Assembly: GCA_030141605.1 (NCBI GenBank)
Contig: JAQGDQ010000172.1
Coordinates: 248,001-312,000 of the forward strand
Source: Tubiluchus corallicola
Lineage: Eukaryota > Animalia > Priapulida
Length of the DNA: 64,000 bases
Direction of reading: 5' to 3'
Both the position numbers and the translations under genes were made by a program. Below, in pieces: positions 11,421 to 24,938 of this stretch; the first letter of the stretch is position 1; each line of letters starts with the position of its first letter. The notes beneath the pieces were generated by a model that saw nothing but the letters and a program-made list of their open reading frames with translations, was not told the origin of the DNA and searched no databases.

Positions 11421-12689
11421 GTGCTTTATATTCTGTAATGAAGATCATGAACTGGTTGACTTCTTTATCGGTTCGCTGCAATAACTTAGAAACTACTAAA
11501 GCTGTAAACTCATTATTAACATCATTTATTTTCGAACACATATGTACAGTTAAGTTACATAAGTGCTTCAATTAAAAGAAATTAGTAGGCTAATAGTAAA
11601 GTAAAAATAAATATTAAACACTGACAACAACAACAAAAAAACAAGCACGGATATTATTTACATACAAGAAGACAAAGCAATTAATTTAAAAAGATGCTAC
11701 ATATTCTAAAATCTCTCTCAATTGATACTTTGATAAAAAATTAATATTCCTGTTTTCAATACAATTTATACAATCTTTTGCTAAGTTTATTGTCGCTAGC
11801 TGCCTGGAACTTAACTCGCAACTTTTTACAGTTTTACGAGATAATACATGAAATATCTAAATGCATCTTCTAGGGTAACATAATTTTCTATAACAATTTT
11901 ATACAAGTTGAAACCCATTATTAAGTTTACGTTATATAATGTATGTTTGGCTATAAAGTTAATTATCGAGTTACTACTATTTATACATAGCTGAAAGAAT
12001 TTAAAAGTGCTTACGTGACTGAACGGTAGCAACAACATGGGACAAAATGATGGTTTTGCCCCCTCTAAGCGGCAGTTCCCATAATTTACGGATAGCTATA
12101 TTCCAAGCGATATCAATAAAATGTATTTTCGAATTATTTAACCTCCAACTCTGGCAATCGTATTAACTTTCACAGCCGAAAGCTAATGTGTCGTAATACC
12201 TAAAGTGCAATTTCAGCTCGGTGGTTACTGGTTTTTAATAATTTGTTATTATAGTCTAAACTTCTTTCAACGCACTTTTTTCCGCTATCCGATATAATTT
12301 GAAAGTCCATTAGGTTCTTAAAATACGTTTTGCTTCAAACTTTGTTTAAATCTTGAAATTCTATAACTGAAATCAACATCCATAACTTACTATAAGAAAA
12401 CAAAATTGTGATTTTTTAACAACTAGACGATTGTGTTCGTAAAATTATGTGGCTAACATCAATAGCTTTTTGCATTCGTGAGGTCAAAACAACAGATGGT
12501 CAAATCTAGTAACTAATGGCGCAGTTTAAACAGCAAACGAATGTTGTATTTTTGTTTTTGTGGAATCGGTGTCTTTTTGTTTGGTAACAAATAAATGCTT
12601 TCATTTATGTTATTTTCATAGATTTCTGTAACGAATTTGTGATTTACGAGCAGTTGCAATGTAAATAGCGTGTTGCAACATTTTGAGAC

Positions 12690-13997
12690 GAACATTTGGA
12701 CTCAGGACGTTTCGTCACACGACTGAACACAAAGGTCAATTGGACACAAGGCGATTTCGACACATAATATGGACGCAAAGCGATTTGAACACACAGGTCA
12801 TTTGGGTACAAGGCAATTTGGACAACAACTTACATTGACACGCATTGTAATTCTCACTCATTATATAATTTATACCTGTGAAAAAATGCAGTCACCGTCA
12901 TATCATGGGGGTTTAAATTGTAACATGTTGTTATCTGATCTTTTGCTAACTAGTAATGAGTCATAATTCGTTTAGCAGCGTCGGTTAATTGCAGCACGAG
13001 TTTTTGTACCCGAATATTTTAAAATTAATACGCTTTGAAGTTGACCCACATCTTATCAGTATAACTCAACCATAAAAACCTCTTATAATACCTAATACAT
13101 AACATAATGTCCGTATGGCTGTAACGAAAATGCCGAAATTTATTAATTATCTGCGGGAACTGTGACTGAGTCTGAGAAAGTTCTTTATCACATGACAATG
13201 CGCGAACTAGAAAATTTTTTGCTGCCCATTTTACTAACTTATAAAGAAAAATCTTCTCCTGCCGTCCTTAATCACTTAATCTTGATCAGACCCTAAACAG
13301 TTTACGTATATTTCATCATTATCACACTTAATTGCACATTAGATTTCGGTTTTTCAGATCGGCGTGAAAAGTTTTAGCATGAAATTTCGCGCATTCGTCC
13401 CAATTGCTTTACAACAATCGCAACTGTCGCTCTTGCCACATCCGGATGTCCACATACTATGAAAACGCCTTAAAATTAACATACTTCTTGACCTGCAGAC
13501 TGCAGGAACTGTTGGCGGAGTTGGATTCGAAGTAGCAAGAAAAAGAATATTTCCAAATAGATAATAAATCATCCAAATCGAATCCAAATGGTATCTTTGG
13601 TGTCTAAACAGTTAATGTGTCCACATTATCTAAATATCCATGAAAAACCTAGTGTCCAAATGGCTTATGTGTCCAAAACCCTAGTGTCAAACAGTTATGT
13701 TTCTAAATAACCTTTGTGTTCGAATCACCCTGTGTACAAAAGTCCTATGTGTCCAAATGTCCTTGTGTCCAGATGTGATATGGATCCAAATTACCATGTG
13801 TCCAAATGTCCTATGTATCCAAATATCCTTGTATCCAAATGTCCTATGTGTTCAAATTACCTTGCGTCCAAGTGTCCTGCGTTCTAAATGGTCTATGTGT
13901 CCAAATGTCCTGTATCCAAAATACCTAGTGTCCATATAACCTATGTGTCGAAAATGTCTGTGTCAAAACAGCTTGTGTCCAAAATCCCTGTAACCGT
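12690..13997. mobile_element. Foldback-like non-autonomous DNA element with inverted arrays of ~17-bp repeats
   Basis: The left array (12690-12830) carries TTGGACACAAGG-type units; the right array (13595-13990) carries the reverse complement, CCTTGTGTCCAAATG-type units. Confidence 0.55.
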
Positions 13998-14236
13998 AAA
14001 AACGCACTTCTGAGCATCGTAAAATGATATTGCCCGAAATTGTAGTTACAAGCAAAAGTTTCCAGTTCATAAATTTGAAGAGCGAAAACGGTAAAGTATT
14101 CAAATACAATAGACTTGGAAAAACTATTACGTACATTGAATAAGTTTATATTACACTGAAATAAATCGAGCTTTTGCTTGTCAAACTCTCACACATTTGT
14201 ATTACAATTTTGAATAATTATGGATTATTTGCTTTC

Positions 14237-14602
14237 TTGAACCATTCACATTCTTTTGTTGAACCGCTCACATTCACTTGTTGCACCATTCACATTCATT
14301 TGCTGAGCCATTCACATTCACTTATTGAACCATTCACATTCACTTGTTGAACCATTCACATTCACTTGTTGATCCGTTCAAATTCACTTGTTGATCTGTT
14401 CACATTTATTTGCTGAACTGTTCACATTCATTTGTTGAGCCATTCACATTCACTTGTTGAGCCGCTCACATTCACTTGTTGAACCATTCACATTTGTTTG
14501 TTGAACCATTCACATTCACTTGTTAGACAATTCACATTCACTTGTTTAGCCATTCACATTTGCTTGTTGAACCGTTCACACGTTCACATTAATTTGTTGA
14601 GA
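14237..14602. repeat. Minisatellite, ~22-bp unit ACCATTCACATTCACTTGTTGA
   Basis: About 16 degenerate head-to-tail copies without unique spacers. Confidence 0.9.
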
Positions 14603-15869
14603 CTTTTTGTCATATCAGTATTTCATAAGAATTAATACACGTTGCTACACTGAAGTCCTAGCAGTTTACTTTTTTCACCCACGAAAACGCCACTAATCCC
14701 AATGTTTCACAATAATGTCTTCACCGACACATTTTTTTCTTTGTTTTAACTTTGCGTTACTACAAATATGCTCAATAGCTTCTCATGTCTTTTAGGGACA
14801 ATTCAGATGTCGTGTGAGCTGTAGACCAGAGATAAGGTTTGAACTTGAACCTCCCTTACGAAGCAGAGCATTGTGTTTACAATTATTACATTAAGTTTTA
14901 TTATTAAATTAATATTTTTCACTTTGTTTTTCATTTTAAGAGCACTAATATTTCATTTGCATATCTTTAATTTTTCATAATTTACTAAAATTTTCTTAAT
15001 GTCGTCCACAAACTGTTAAAAATCTTCATGTAAAACAAAATTACATTTTTCCATTCGGTAAAATTGTAAAACCGCCATTTTGAATTATATTACTAAATGC
15101 AGCTACGCTCTTGTGATTAAGTATAGTCTTGTTGTCTGAGAGACTGCCTTTGAAAGAATTTTTAATTTTAAACCAAAAGGGAGTGCAGCACTCTCTTTGA
15201 TTTTGAAAATACCTTTTTGATCATCACAAATTTGTTCATTAATGGGTTCTATACAAAAAATGGGTGTTTTGCAGTGAGTCTTTTTGTGAACGTTTAAGAA
15301 GTATTTAAATAGTAAAAAATATCATGAATAGTTCACACTTTGTTTGCTAAACACAATAACAGCAATTCAAGGCCGACACTTAAGATCCCACTCGAGATTC
15401 GAACCAACATCTTTTGTCTCAAGGTACCCCCGCAGAGGTACCTAGGGCCAACTTATTCAGTTTCTAAACTACTATCATCTGTGTACTACTACCTCACCGC
15501 TTGGCTACGAGTACTAGTTTGGGAATTGTTGGAGGAAATCTGGTTAAAAAAAGTACAGAAAACAAACCCGGCGTCACAATTACTAACGCTTACGCCTCGG
15601 CTACGTTGCACTTTTGACTGCCATTTAACAATTTTGCAACAAAGGTTAAACCTTTTAATAGTTTTTTCAGCATCAACCAAAAAATAATTATTGTACAACT
15701 CTTTGACACTGGTAAACATAGCGTGTTACTAAAGTTTGTGCATTTTAATTGCGGGCAAAACGTACGTGTATGCGTACATACGCGCATGAGTTCTGCATAC
15801 CTGCTATATGTGTACGCGCGTGTGTGCATGATGCGCACGAGGTATATTGATAAATATAAATATATTGAT

Positions 15870-16556
15870 AGCGTTCAAAAGTTACGAGCATTGAGAATAA
15901 TCTTAAATTGTAGTATCCGAGATTGCCATGTAAATGTAATGGGATGTATAACGAATTATAATTAATGAAAGTAAAGCAGAGAAGAGATTATCTGAAAGAA
16001 ATAATGATGCACAAATGTTTAAATAATGCTGCTGAAGTCAGAACTTTCAATTTACCACAATTGCTCATAACCGTGTCACAAGGTCACAATTACTGTTATC
16101 TAATCAGTTATATACAAATGTTGTTAAGCTTGAGCATCGTAAGCGTACATTTTCATACTCAGGGGCTATGCTTTGGAATATTCTTTCAAATTATATGAAG
16201 GACACAGCATCTTTAGATACTTTCAAAAGATTTGCTAAAACTTATTTTTTGTGTATTGAATACCCTAATGTCAGATATAAGTTACAGTTATTTATCTTGT
16301 TACTTGATTTATTTTGTAATTGACTTAATTTTATGTTTCTTTTAATGATAGTTATTATTATTTTTACGACCTGATAATTATTTTATTGTGTTAGAAAATC
16401 ATAAATGCAGCCTGTTTTAATGTATTTGCATGAGTGGTATGTATATATCTGTACATATGTATATATTTGTAAATAATTGAGGGCTTTCTTGAAAAGCAGT
16501 GCTAAGCTCTGAAGTAGCTATCCTCATAAAATATTACTATAAATAAATAAATAAAA
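15870..16556 (+). mobile_element. 5'-truncated CR1/L2-group (Crack-like) LINE 3' fragment
   Basis: Remnants VQK.RALRIIL, MHKCLNN and TFSYSGAMLWNIL...SLDTFKR; ends in an (AAAT)n tail. Confidence 0.65.
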
Positions 16557-16710
16557 ACCCAATCCTTTGCATTCCAGACTAGTTTTTGTAAAAAAGAAGT
16601 AGGCTAGCAGCAGAACCTAATGTGATCTTTCACTAAACTCTGCTCACAATGCGATATTTACAATGTTATTGAGAAGCTTGCGCTAAGTAGGCCTACGTCT
16701 ATGTACACGT

Positions 16711-16851
16711 ATTCATTACATTAAGCTATTGCAGTATAAAAAGAAGTAGGACCAATTTGCACAAGAGACAAGCTGAAGTTGAGAGTCCCTCGTCTAACAC
16801 ACGAAGCAGTTAGCAATTGTACCTTAAGTGAAGTTAACATCAACAACTAAG
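16711..16851 (+). promoter_or_regulatory. Candidate promoter and non-coding exon 1 of deiminase gene 1
   Basis: Motif ATTCATTACATTAAG (16711-16725) shared with gene 2, TATAAA at 16735, donor AAG|GTAATC at 16851/16852; matching acceptor TTTTTCAG ends at 18205. Confidence 0.45.
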
Positions 16852-18218
16852 GTAATCTTTTTTTACTTCGACTTGCTTAGATTGTGCGAGATTGAACAAG
16901 CTGCTTTAGAATTTCTTTTTACATTTAATAAGCATAGATTGAGTGTCTATGTAAAAATCATACAAATATAATACAGTGCGTGTTTTCAGTGTTCTCACAC
17001 AAATTAAAATTTAATAAGCTACTGTATTTCTAAATCCGTTTTAAGAATACTAGTTATAGGAGGGAATGACTGCACGATTTATAAATTTTTGAAACCACAC
17101 CTTACCAAAAATTAATACTTGTTTGTGTTTTTCATCACTTCCAAGTAACCTTGAAATTCATATTATTAACAATTAATTAGTTACCCGCGGATCATTCAAA
17201 GATAAAAATTAATTAAAAAAATATTTTATTAGTTAGTACCAGCTTCCGCGTAAGTAACTAACACTTTTTGATTTATTAGTCTGGTGAATAAACTAATAGG
17301 ATATAATGAAGACCTGTCAATATATCAAGCGGCTGTGCTTGCAAGTGAGAGCAGTAGAAGTCATTGTGGCGACGTAAAATTAAGAAGCAACAAAGTAGGG
17401 TGTGCGGTGTTCCACATAAATATTTTCATGCAGTATATTTAATGGTAGACGCCTTCAAGAATGACAGACGTTGTCCAGGTCTGTAAAATAATTAAGTAAT
17501 CTAGAAAATGTATATATGTAGTGACATCATTATAATTTTCCAGTTTATATGTTTTACCAAATACATCGTGTATGTAAAATTAGGTTACATGTTTAGATAT
17601 TTAGATACTTGTTGATTTATTCAGCATAACAATGTAATTGCAACATATGTTCACAAGAGACCAACAATAGATAAAAATAGACATTGTAGTTGCTGCATAG
17701 CACCCAAGTACTATCATTCAAAACAGTAAAATAGTTGAATGTGAGCGAAAAACATCCGTAATAAAACCGGATCAACCTGTAATATGATCCTCACTCATAC
17801 AGATTTACAATTGGAATGTATTAAAGCCCTACTATCGCAACAAACAAACAAATAATCATTTGTGGACTAAAAATGTCAAACCTGCCACCAACATTTGATA
17901 TTTGAAATGTAAATAACCAATATCAAAAATTAGGTTTCTAATAGAGTAATTATTGGTCTTTTTTGTTACTTTAGTTGAGGACACCCCCTTAAGGTCTGCC
18001 AGCTGATGCTGCCATTATATAAAAGACTACTCATCCGTCACATGCTTATAGCTACATTGTACAATGTTTAGTGGTCAAACAGCATGTTCTTGATAAAGTG
18101 GTTATTTTGCCACAAGCTGTCTGACTGTTATTGTTTTCATCTGTTTACACGGTTGTCACCGCCATCGTAATTAACAATTAAACGGATTTTATTTTCATTT
18201 TTCAGTGCTCCGTTAATC

Positions 18219-19355
18219 ATGGTGGTAAATTTGCTAGTCGTAGCTGTGGCTGCACTACTAACAATGGTTGCAGGATACACCAATGACGAGAGTGATCCGA
18301 CACGTCATTTGATTGTTTTGTCTCCTCCAAAACATAAAGATCCATACTATGACATACAACATAATGTTGCTGCAGACATCGTCAATTTCCAGATTTCTTA
18401 TGCTAAACAGATTATGGGCAGAGATAACGTGGTCATCGTCGGAGACAATGATGGCCTTCAGCCTTTCCGAAATGCAGGCATTCCCGAAGATATCCTTCTG
18501 GTGGTGAAGAATCCGATGGAAGATATTTGGATGAGAGATTTTACAACCATTAATCCATACAGTCCATTTCAGCTGCGGTACACAGCAGATGCACAAGCTA
18601 GTTCTGACAACACTGAGGCAGAAGCTCAGCAAATTGCTGATTACGTTCAAAGTCATTTCATAAATACGTTTTGGTTAATGGGTCTCACATTTCCTTACAA
18701 TGGCAATTTGGTAATTGATGGTGGGAACGTAGTGGATAATTACATAGACAAGATCATAGTAACGTCTAAATTCTCAACAGATAATAGGATTGACAATAAT
18801 GAAGCAGTTGAAAAAATGCAAGGCTTTTACGTAGGCGAAGAAGGTAGCATTGTCAATGTTGCAGTTATTCCACGTGATCCAAATGACCCTTTAGGCCATG
18901 CTGACGGTATGGTGTCATTTATAGATGACGACGTCATTGCTATAGCCGATTTGAACTATGGTGGTCAAAATTTAGTCCAAGGAACTAGACAAGCATTACT
19001 CAATGCATTTGATGGTATCACACTCGTTAATATGAAAGATCTTGGCTATGAAGAAGGACCAGATCCAAACTTCTCTTCTGCTTGTGGTATAAGCGTGAAT
19101 GCTGTACTTACGGAAAATTACCTGTATCTTCCTGTTTTTGGAGAAGAAGGTAACCCAGAGGTGGTGAAGTTAGTCAAAGATAATACTAACAAAATAGTTG
19201 TACCAGTTAATGCTGATGGCGTATGCACTATGGGTGGAAGTGTTCGATGCCTCTCTTGGCAGCAAACTGGCAAGAATGCTAAAATAATCATACAAAAAGC
19301 ACGTCAAACCAATGCCAACAATGTTTTTGACAACCCTCTTCCTGGCGTCTATTAG
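18219..19355 (+). CDS. Secreted agmatine deiminase / PPAD-like (pentein, PAD_porph) enzyme, paralog 1
   Basis: 378-aa single-exon ORF; hydrophobic signal peptide ending VAG|YTNDE; motifs DIWMRD, IDGGN, GHADG, SVN and GGSVRC (catalytic Asp/His/Asp/Cys); splice acceptor 13 nt upstream of the ATG; AATAAA near 19627. Confidence 0.9.
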   Translation: MVVNLLVVAVAALLTMVAGYTNDESDPTRHLIVLSPPKHKDPYYDIQHNVAADIVNFQISYAKQIMGRDNVVIVGDNDGLQPFRNAGIPEDILLVVKNPMEDIWMRDFTTINPYSPFQLRYTADAQASSDNTEAEAQQIADYVQSHFINTFWLMGLTFPYNGNLVIDGGNVVDNYIDKIIVTSKFSTDNRIDNNEAVEKMQGFYVGEEGSIVNVAVIPRDPNDPLGHADGMVSFIDDDVIAIADLNYGGQNLVQGTRQALLNAFDGITLVNMKDLGYEEGPDPNFSSACGISVNAVLTENYLYLPVFGEEGNPEVVKLVKDNTNKIVVPVNADGVCTMGGSVRCLSWQQTGKNAKIIIQKARQTNANNVFDNPLPGVY

Positions 19356-21099
19356 AAAGAATTGATAACATGTAATGATCCGTGGTTTTTATTTTTTTAA
19401 TTATTAGCTTTCTATCATCTTAGCCTGTCGCCAGAATTCAGGGCCTTTTTGGTTTATTATTCCTTTTCCTGTTACGTCCTCAACCCCAGGAACGCATTGA
19501 TTTATCGATGAAATTGTTAAGCATTTTGACCTACAACGTAGTTTGGCCAGCTCTTTATTACAGTTCTTTAATTCTTCTGCCCGTCGACTCCTTCCCCTAT
19601 TAGCCTACCAAGCTCGTAAATGAAATAATAAATAATACAATAGTGTAGCGTGGTAGTTTATTGGTATATTACCGAGAGGAGTAACAACTATAATTTATAG
19701 TTTCTACCACTAACGTAAAGCCAGGTCTCAATCGCAGGTATCGGACAAATAAACAACTCGCAATTGTGTTAGAATGCTTCAGAAAACGGATTTTGAAAAA
19801 TGATATCTGTCAAATCAGTTGAACGAAACAACTTTGTGATGTTGAATATAAACTCAGGCCGCTTTTACATAGATTAAAGGTGTTACACATATTAAAAATC
19901 CAATCTGAATAAAGGGAAAACTCAAATAAGTTTTGAGAATTTGCTAGTCGGGGTGCTATAGTTTTATTTTTTCATAAGTTAGCTTTTCAATTTAGATTTG
20001 CCTCATTAGGGATAAGGGAGTGGATGGTACTACAGAGACTGCCATGCCAGTGCACTGTATTTTAAAACTACATCTAACTATTTTGAGAATACTCCGAAAA
20101 AACACGTAGTGAGAAGAGAGTGTAACAGGATTTCTGCATCTTTGCATCTTTTCTGTGTTATAATCAGCAACTTATTTGAGATGTCAGCCCGTTGTAAGCC
20201 TTGATAATTTCATATCACAGGATGAAAGCAACTCTTTCAGTTCTTGAAAGAATTTAGACAAACATCCAATTTCAGTCTTTTTGTATGTTTACTGATTGTA
20301 GTTTGTAGGTAGTGACGCGAACGATACGCTTTTAAGACTTAGCTGGAATTTATTTGCTCAATAATAGTTCATTGTGAAGTTTTATTGGTATTTTCATTTA
20401 AACAAAGCTTATTGCAATATGCTATCTTTAAAATTGTCATTGGCAGAATTTTAGAATTTGTCCTTATTAAAAAGTTCAGATAACTCAGTAACTATTCATT
20501 TGCACGTGTATTTTTGCAATGCAAGCGAAACCTTCAAAAGTACACCTGAAAAACATTGTGCAGCCTATTTAAACTGCAATGTACAGCTTGTAACCCAAGA
20601 CTCTATGTCATTTGTGTATTCATTTTATCAAATAACATTTTATTTCAATTCATGCGCCAGAAATTTTAAAAACACATTACAGTTTTCTTAAAAACAAAGT
20701 ACACCGTGTACACCGTACATTACAAGACTGAGGCTTGCGTAATTTTATAATACCTACATAATCACACAACTTGCCAAATGTAGAACTACAAAATATAACT
20801 AGTTAAAATATGGAAAAAACAAAACTACTTAACCTTTTGATAAGTTTGTTTACATCTTTTACTTATTACAATTACCTGCAATTGCGTAATGGGTGAATTA
20901 ATTACTACAAGAGAAAAGAATGCAGATGTATATCACAGTCGCCTCAGAAAATAACCTTAAGAAAAAGTAGCTATGCGCAATCACAAATATGCTGAGAAAA
21001 TTGTAATTTTTTATGCGGTTCGGCACTCTGCAAGGCGAAATCTGCCCTACTTAACGAGGATGAGTATGGCGGGATTGGAACTTTGCTAATTATAAAGGA

Positions 21100-22300
21100 T
21101 AATACTCTAACGCGTAACATTCGATCGGCAGGAGGATGTACACACGTTCTTCTTCAAGAAAAAAGAGTCTGTCAGTATGATAGGTGAAAGTGCCAAAAAG
21201 AATTTTCGTGGCAGTCACCAATCCATTCACTGACCAGATTCAGTACTGCCCAAGTTTGGTCATTAAGCATGTGCAGCGAACACTAAGGCATTTTGGTGTT
21301 CTCTTTTACACTGCAATTAAAACTGAAACATACTGAGAGTACGAATTTGATCAGGCATTTATGAAAAACACATTCAGAAAAATTTAACTACAGAGTTTTT
21401 TCTGATATTTCCACACTTTTTGGGAACTAAATCTTAAAAGTCACTACTGCAGGAAGAACCAATATTTTAACGCGAAATGATATCGCATGAAAATACTGCG
21501 AATGCGGCGCCAATTAAAATAGTATTAAATAAAGTGCTAGAACACGTCACAGCAAAGTGGACGCCAAACAAATTAATGGCCACGGGTGTCAAGAAAATGT
21601 GAACCGTCCACCACAGTTAAAACCAACTCTAAAACATGGAAACGTTAAATCAATAAAGAGCTCTTGTGAACAATAAATACTTGGATTACAAGTGTAGAAC
21701 CGACAAAACAGCAGACGATATTGATGATGAGGAAGAGTTTACTTATTAAAGCTCAGTCGATTATCCAACTGGCATTAGAATATGGAATTAGGCATTGCCA
21801 AAACTGTCAACTAGCAAATTCAAATGCTAAAGAAATTTTTACGTAGATTAATTCACTCGTTTCCAAATATGAACATTTCCCAACGAAATAACATTTCTCA
21901 CTAGATTCCGGTGATGACTGAGAAGATTTATTTGTCACCAAAGCTATAACAAGTACCAGAAAAACAATAATTAGAGCTTATGCTGTAATTACGATGCACT
22001 CTACTTTCTCATTGCTGTTTCATAGTTTTGTTTCAAAGGTTAAGCCTCTTAATAGATTTTTACCTGCATACATTGAAAAAGCATTTATTGTACAAAAACT
22101 CTTTAGTAACTTTTGCTCGCAGAAACTTATATGGAGATCTCTCAACAGCAAGAACCGTGTCGTGTAAAGCATACGCTGCCATATTACAATATCTACATCA
22201 AATGCTAAATGAATGTCGTGAAGTTTGGGCTTCACGATTCGCCCGCCATAAAGAAGCCATTGAATTGAATTGACGTGTAACTGTAGGAACTGTTTGGAGG
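21100..22300 (+). mobile_element. Possible degraded piggyBac-like remnant
   Basis: QY..PKFG-like fragment near 21241-21265 and a Cys/His tail (ECREVWASRFARHK); very decayed, boundaries approximate. Confidence 0.3.
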
Positions 22301-22500
22301 AGTTGTTGAGGGGATAGGAAGGAAAAAAACTGAGGTAATGCGCTCTGGTAAAAAGAATAAATTTAGCATTACGGCGGAAGTAAAAATTCTCGTTTTTTTC
22401 GTTTTACTGTTGTCACAAAAGTCACCACGACAATGAAAAACTAATAAAAATAATTTTGTGCAACTTGTATTTTCAACAGTGCATTTAGTACAACAACCGT

Positions 22501-22617
22501 ACACTCGATTTGTTTTGTGCTGTTGCTGACAAGTGCAATCTAGTTTGCTTCAGAGCTACACTCGATGTGTTTTGTGCTGTTGTTGACAAGTGCAATCTAG
22601 TTTGCTTCAGAGCTACA
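22501..22617. repeat. Tandem duplication of a ~57-bp unit
   Basis: ACACTCGAT.TGTTTTGTGCTGTTG.TGACAAGTGCAATCTAGTTTGCTTCAGAGCT occurs twice. Confidence 0.9.
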
Positions 22618-23005
22618 TATTTGGTAGCATGTTCCTATTTGTTACAGCAGGTATTTTGCTTAACCTTACTTTTACACTTACGTAGGTTGTCCGCTGCTTG
22701 ATGTTCATTTTGTTAATGTTAACAAATGGACTTTTTCGCAATTAGTTTCTTCAATATCTGGCAAATTATTAATAATGCACAGATTATATGGTGCGACATT
22801 ACTTCATAGCATGAGCTATACCGCTGCCACGATGCAGAAATAATCGTAAACTGAAAAATTCGTTCGATGTTTGTATTGTGCAACTATGCACTTTACTGCG
22901 CTCCTTTTCTAAAATAATTTCACAAGGAGCATTTTTTAATATGCCCAAAAAGATATTCCCGAAATTTCTCAAGTACACAATTATGTTCGTTTTTTATTTT
23001 ATTAT

Positions 23006-23169
<164 letters not shown>

Positions 23170-24142
23170 GCCTATTATCTATTAAAATTATTATTTTGAT
23201 AGATATTGCCAAAGCAATGTGTAGGAAAATCATTGCTCATGTAAGTCGGTTATTGCCTGCTTATTACCTTGCTTAAAGTTGGCTTACCATAGCGTATGTT
23301 AATTACTTGCGTCTGTTCAATTATATAGCCCTCTCATTCATTAGCATTCATTCCGCTGAGACCTTTCTAGGCTTAATCTCAAAGTGCACAGTAGACTGCA
23401 TTTTTAGTAAAGCTCCTGTCACATAATTATGGTGCTTTGGTCGAGAGATTTTTGTTACTAATGTTTGAAAGTCTTTGGGTTTGCGAGTAGCGTCACCGTT
23501 ACTTTCTTAAAAATTTCTTATCGCGTTTTTATATAAAAACTAAACAGCCACAAAAACAAGGACTTTAACAAATAGGACAGTGCACAAGAGAGCTTTCCTG
23601 AGATTTATCATCATTAACAGAGAAAAACGTAATTTATAATCTCAAAAATTAACTATAAAGGGCATTATGTTTTTCTCTGTTTAGGACTGTGTACACTTCA
23701 TACATGATAATCAGCACTTCATGACTGGAATGCACTTCGACGGGGCGAAACTTCATACCACTATCCTACTCACCTTTAAAGATCATTAACGGCTGCTATT
23801 CGATTCTTGATTAAATATGGGCTAGTTTTATTGTTTGTGAAAGACACCTGAGCAGAGCTAGGTACTTCGGTGTACGTTTGACTTTCCAGATCTATTGCAA
23901 TCACGCGTCTCTTAGCGTGAGAAATGCAAATGCTTGCAAAAGCTTTGGTATACGAAATAATCAACTTTGCGTATTAATGTAATCAGTAATAAACTGTAAA
24001 AGAATTTATTATATTTTAAAACAATTTTGAGCAGAAGAATTAAATAGCCAAGGAAATTAATCAAAATGGTCCATTAATGAAACCTAATAGGAAAGAAATG
24101 CAGATAGACGTTTGACAGACAATAGAGAGACATATAGACAAG

Positions 24143-24152
24143 TTGACAGACT

Positions 24153-24184
<32 letters not shown>

Positions 24185-24550
24185 GACTGACTGACTGGCT
24201 GACTGACTGACTGACTGACTGACTGACTGACTGACTGACTGACTGACTGACTGACTGACTGACTGACTGACTGACTGACCGACCGACCGACCGACTGACA
24301 GTCAACCGACTGATAAACTGATCGACTAACTGACTGTCTGATTAATTGATTGGTTAGATGACAGATTTGCTCATTCACTGCAGTCTGCCAATGCGTTGAC
24401 AACAACAACAACAGCAGCAGCAGCAGCAACAACAACAACAACAACAACAACAGCAACAGCAACACCAACAGCAACAGGAACAAAAAGAGGAACAACTGCA
24501 CAGCAGCGGCAGCACCAGCAATAGCAACACCATCAACAGCAACAATAATG
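24143..24550. repeat. (GACT)n/(GACC)n followed by (CAA/CAG)n microsatellites
   Basis: Direct reading. Confidence 0.95.
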
Positions 24551-24823
24551 ACAACCATAGGAGCTCCTTAAAGATAGCTGCTCTTGTAATTATAAAAAAG
24601 CGTATTATTCCGCAAACGATTTTAATGTTGTAAAAGTTTCTAGACCAGAATTGTGTTAAACCTGTGTAAATATTAACATTAGAAAAAATGAGATTTGTTT
24701 GGTTCTCTAATGACGGCTAAATCCTGTTCTAGTTATTTACATATAAGGGTGTTTTCAAAATTTCTCAAATCTTCGTGATATTTAGAATGTTATCAAGTAG
24801 TTTGCCGAACATTTGGCATTTAG

Positions 24824-24938
24824 ATTCATTACATTAAGGCGTCAAGCTGTCGCCACGTATGTGGGTGTTGTAATGCGGACTATATAATAAGAAAATCCGA
24901 AATAGACAAACAGAGAAAACGTTGAACAACACATAAAG
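24824..24938 (+). promoter_or_regulatory. Candidate promoter and non-coding exon 1 of deiminase gene 2
   Basis: Same ATTCATTACATTAAG motif (24824-24838), TATATAA at 24881, donor AAG|GTATAT at 24938/24939; acceptor CTTTCTTTATAG ends at 25487. Confidence 0.45.

Larger units (their letters stand above)
2282..12292 (-). mobile_element. Degenerate, internally deleted Tc1/mariner (maT/DD37D-like) element split by the LTR retrotransposon
   Basis: Removing the LTR element and one TSD restores MIFITEYKALIRCQRK...EWNNASVNKIVKRY (transposase N-terminus); C-terminal VCIENGGHIKRLM* near 2485-2526; degenerate TIRs near 2282 and 12270-12292; homologous to 33209-33972. Confidence 0.7.

Noticed and set aside
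14237-14602. CRISPR-like regular repeats (also 13595-13990)
   Set aside because: Contiguous degenerate units with no unique spacers and no cas genes; eukaryotic context.
15380-15410. tRNA gene suggested by a B-box-like GTTCGAATC on the minus strand
   Set aside because: No cloverleaf can be formed; at most a SINE relic.
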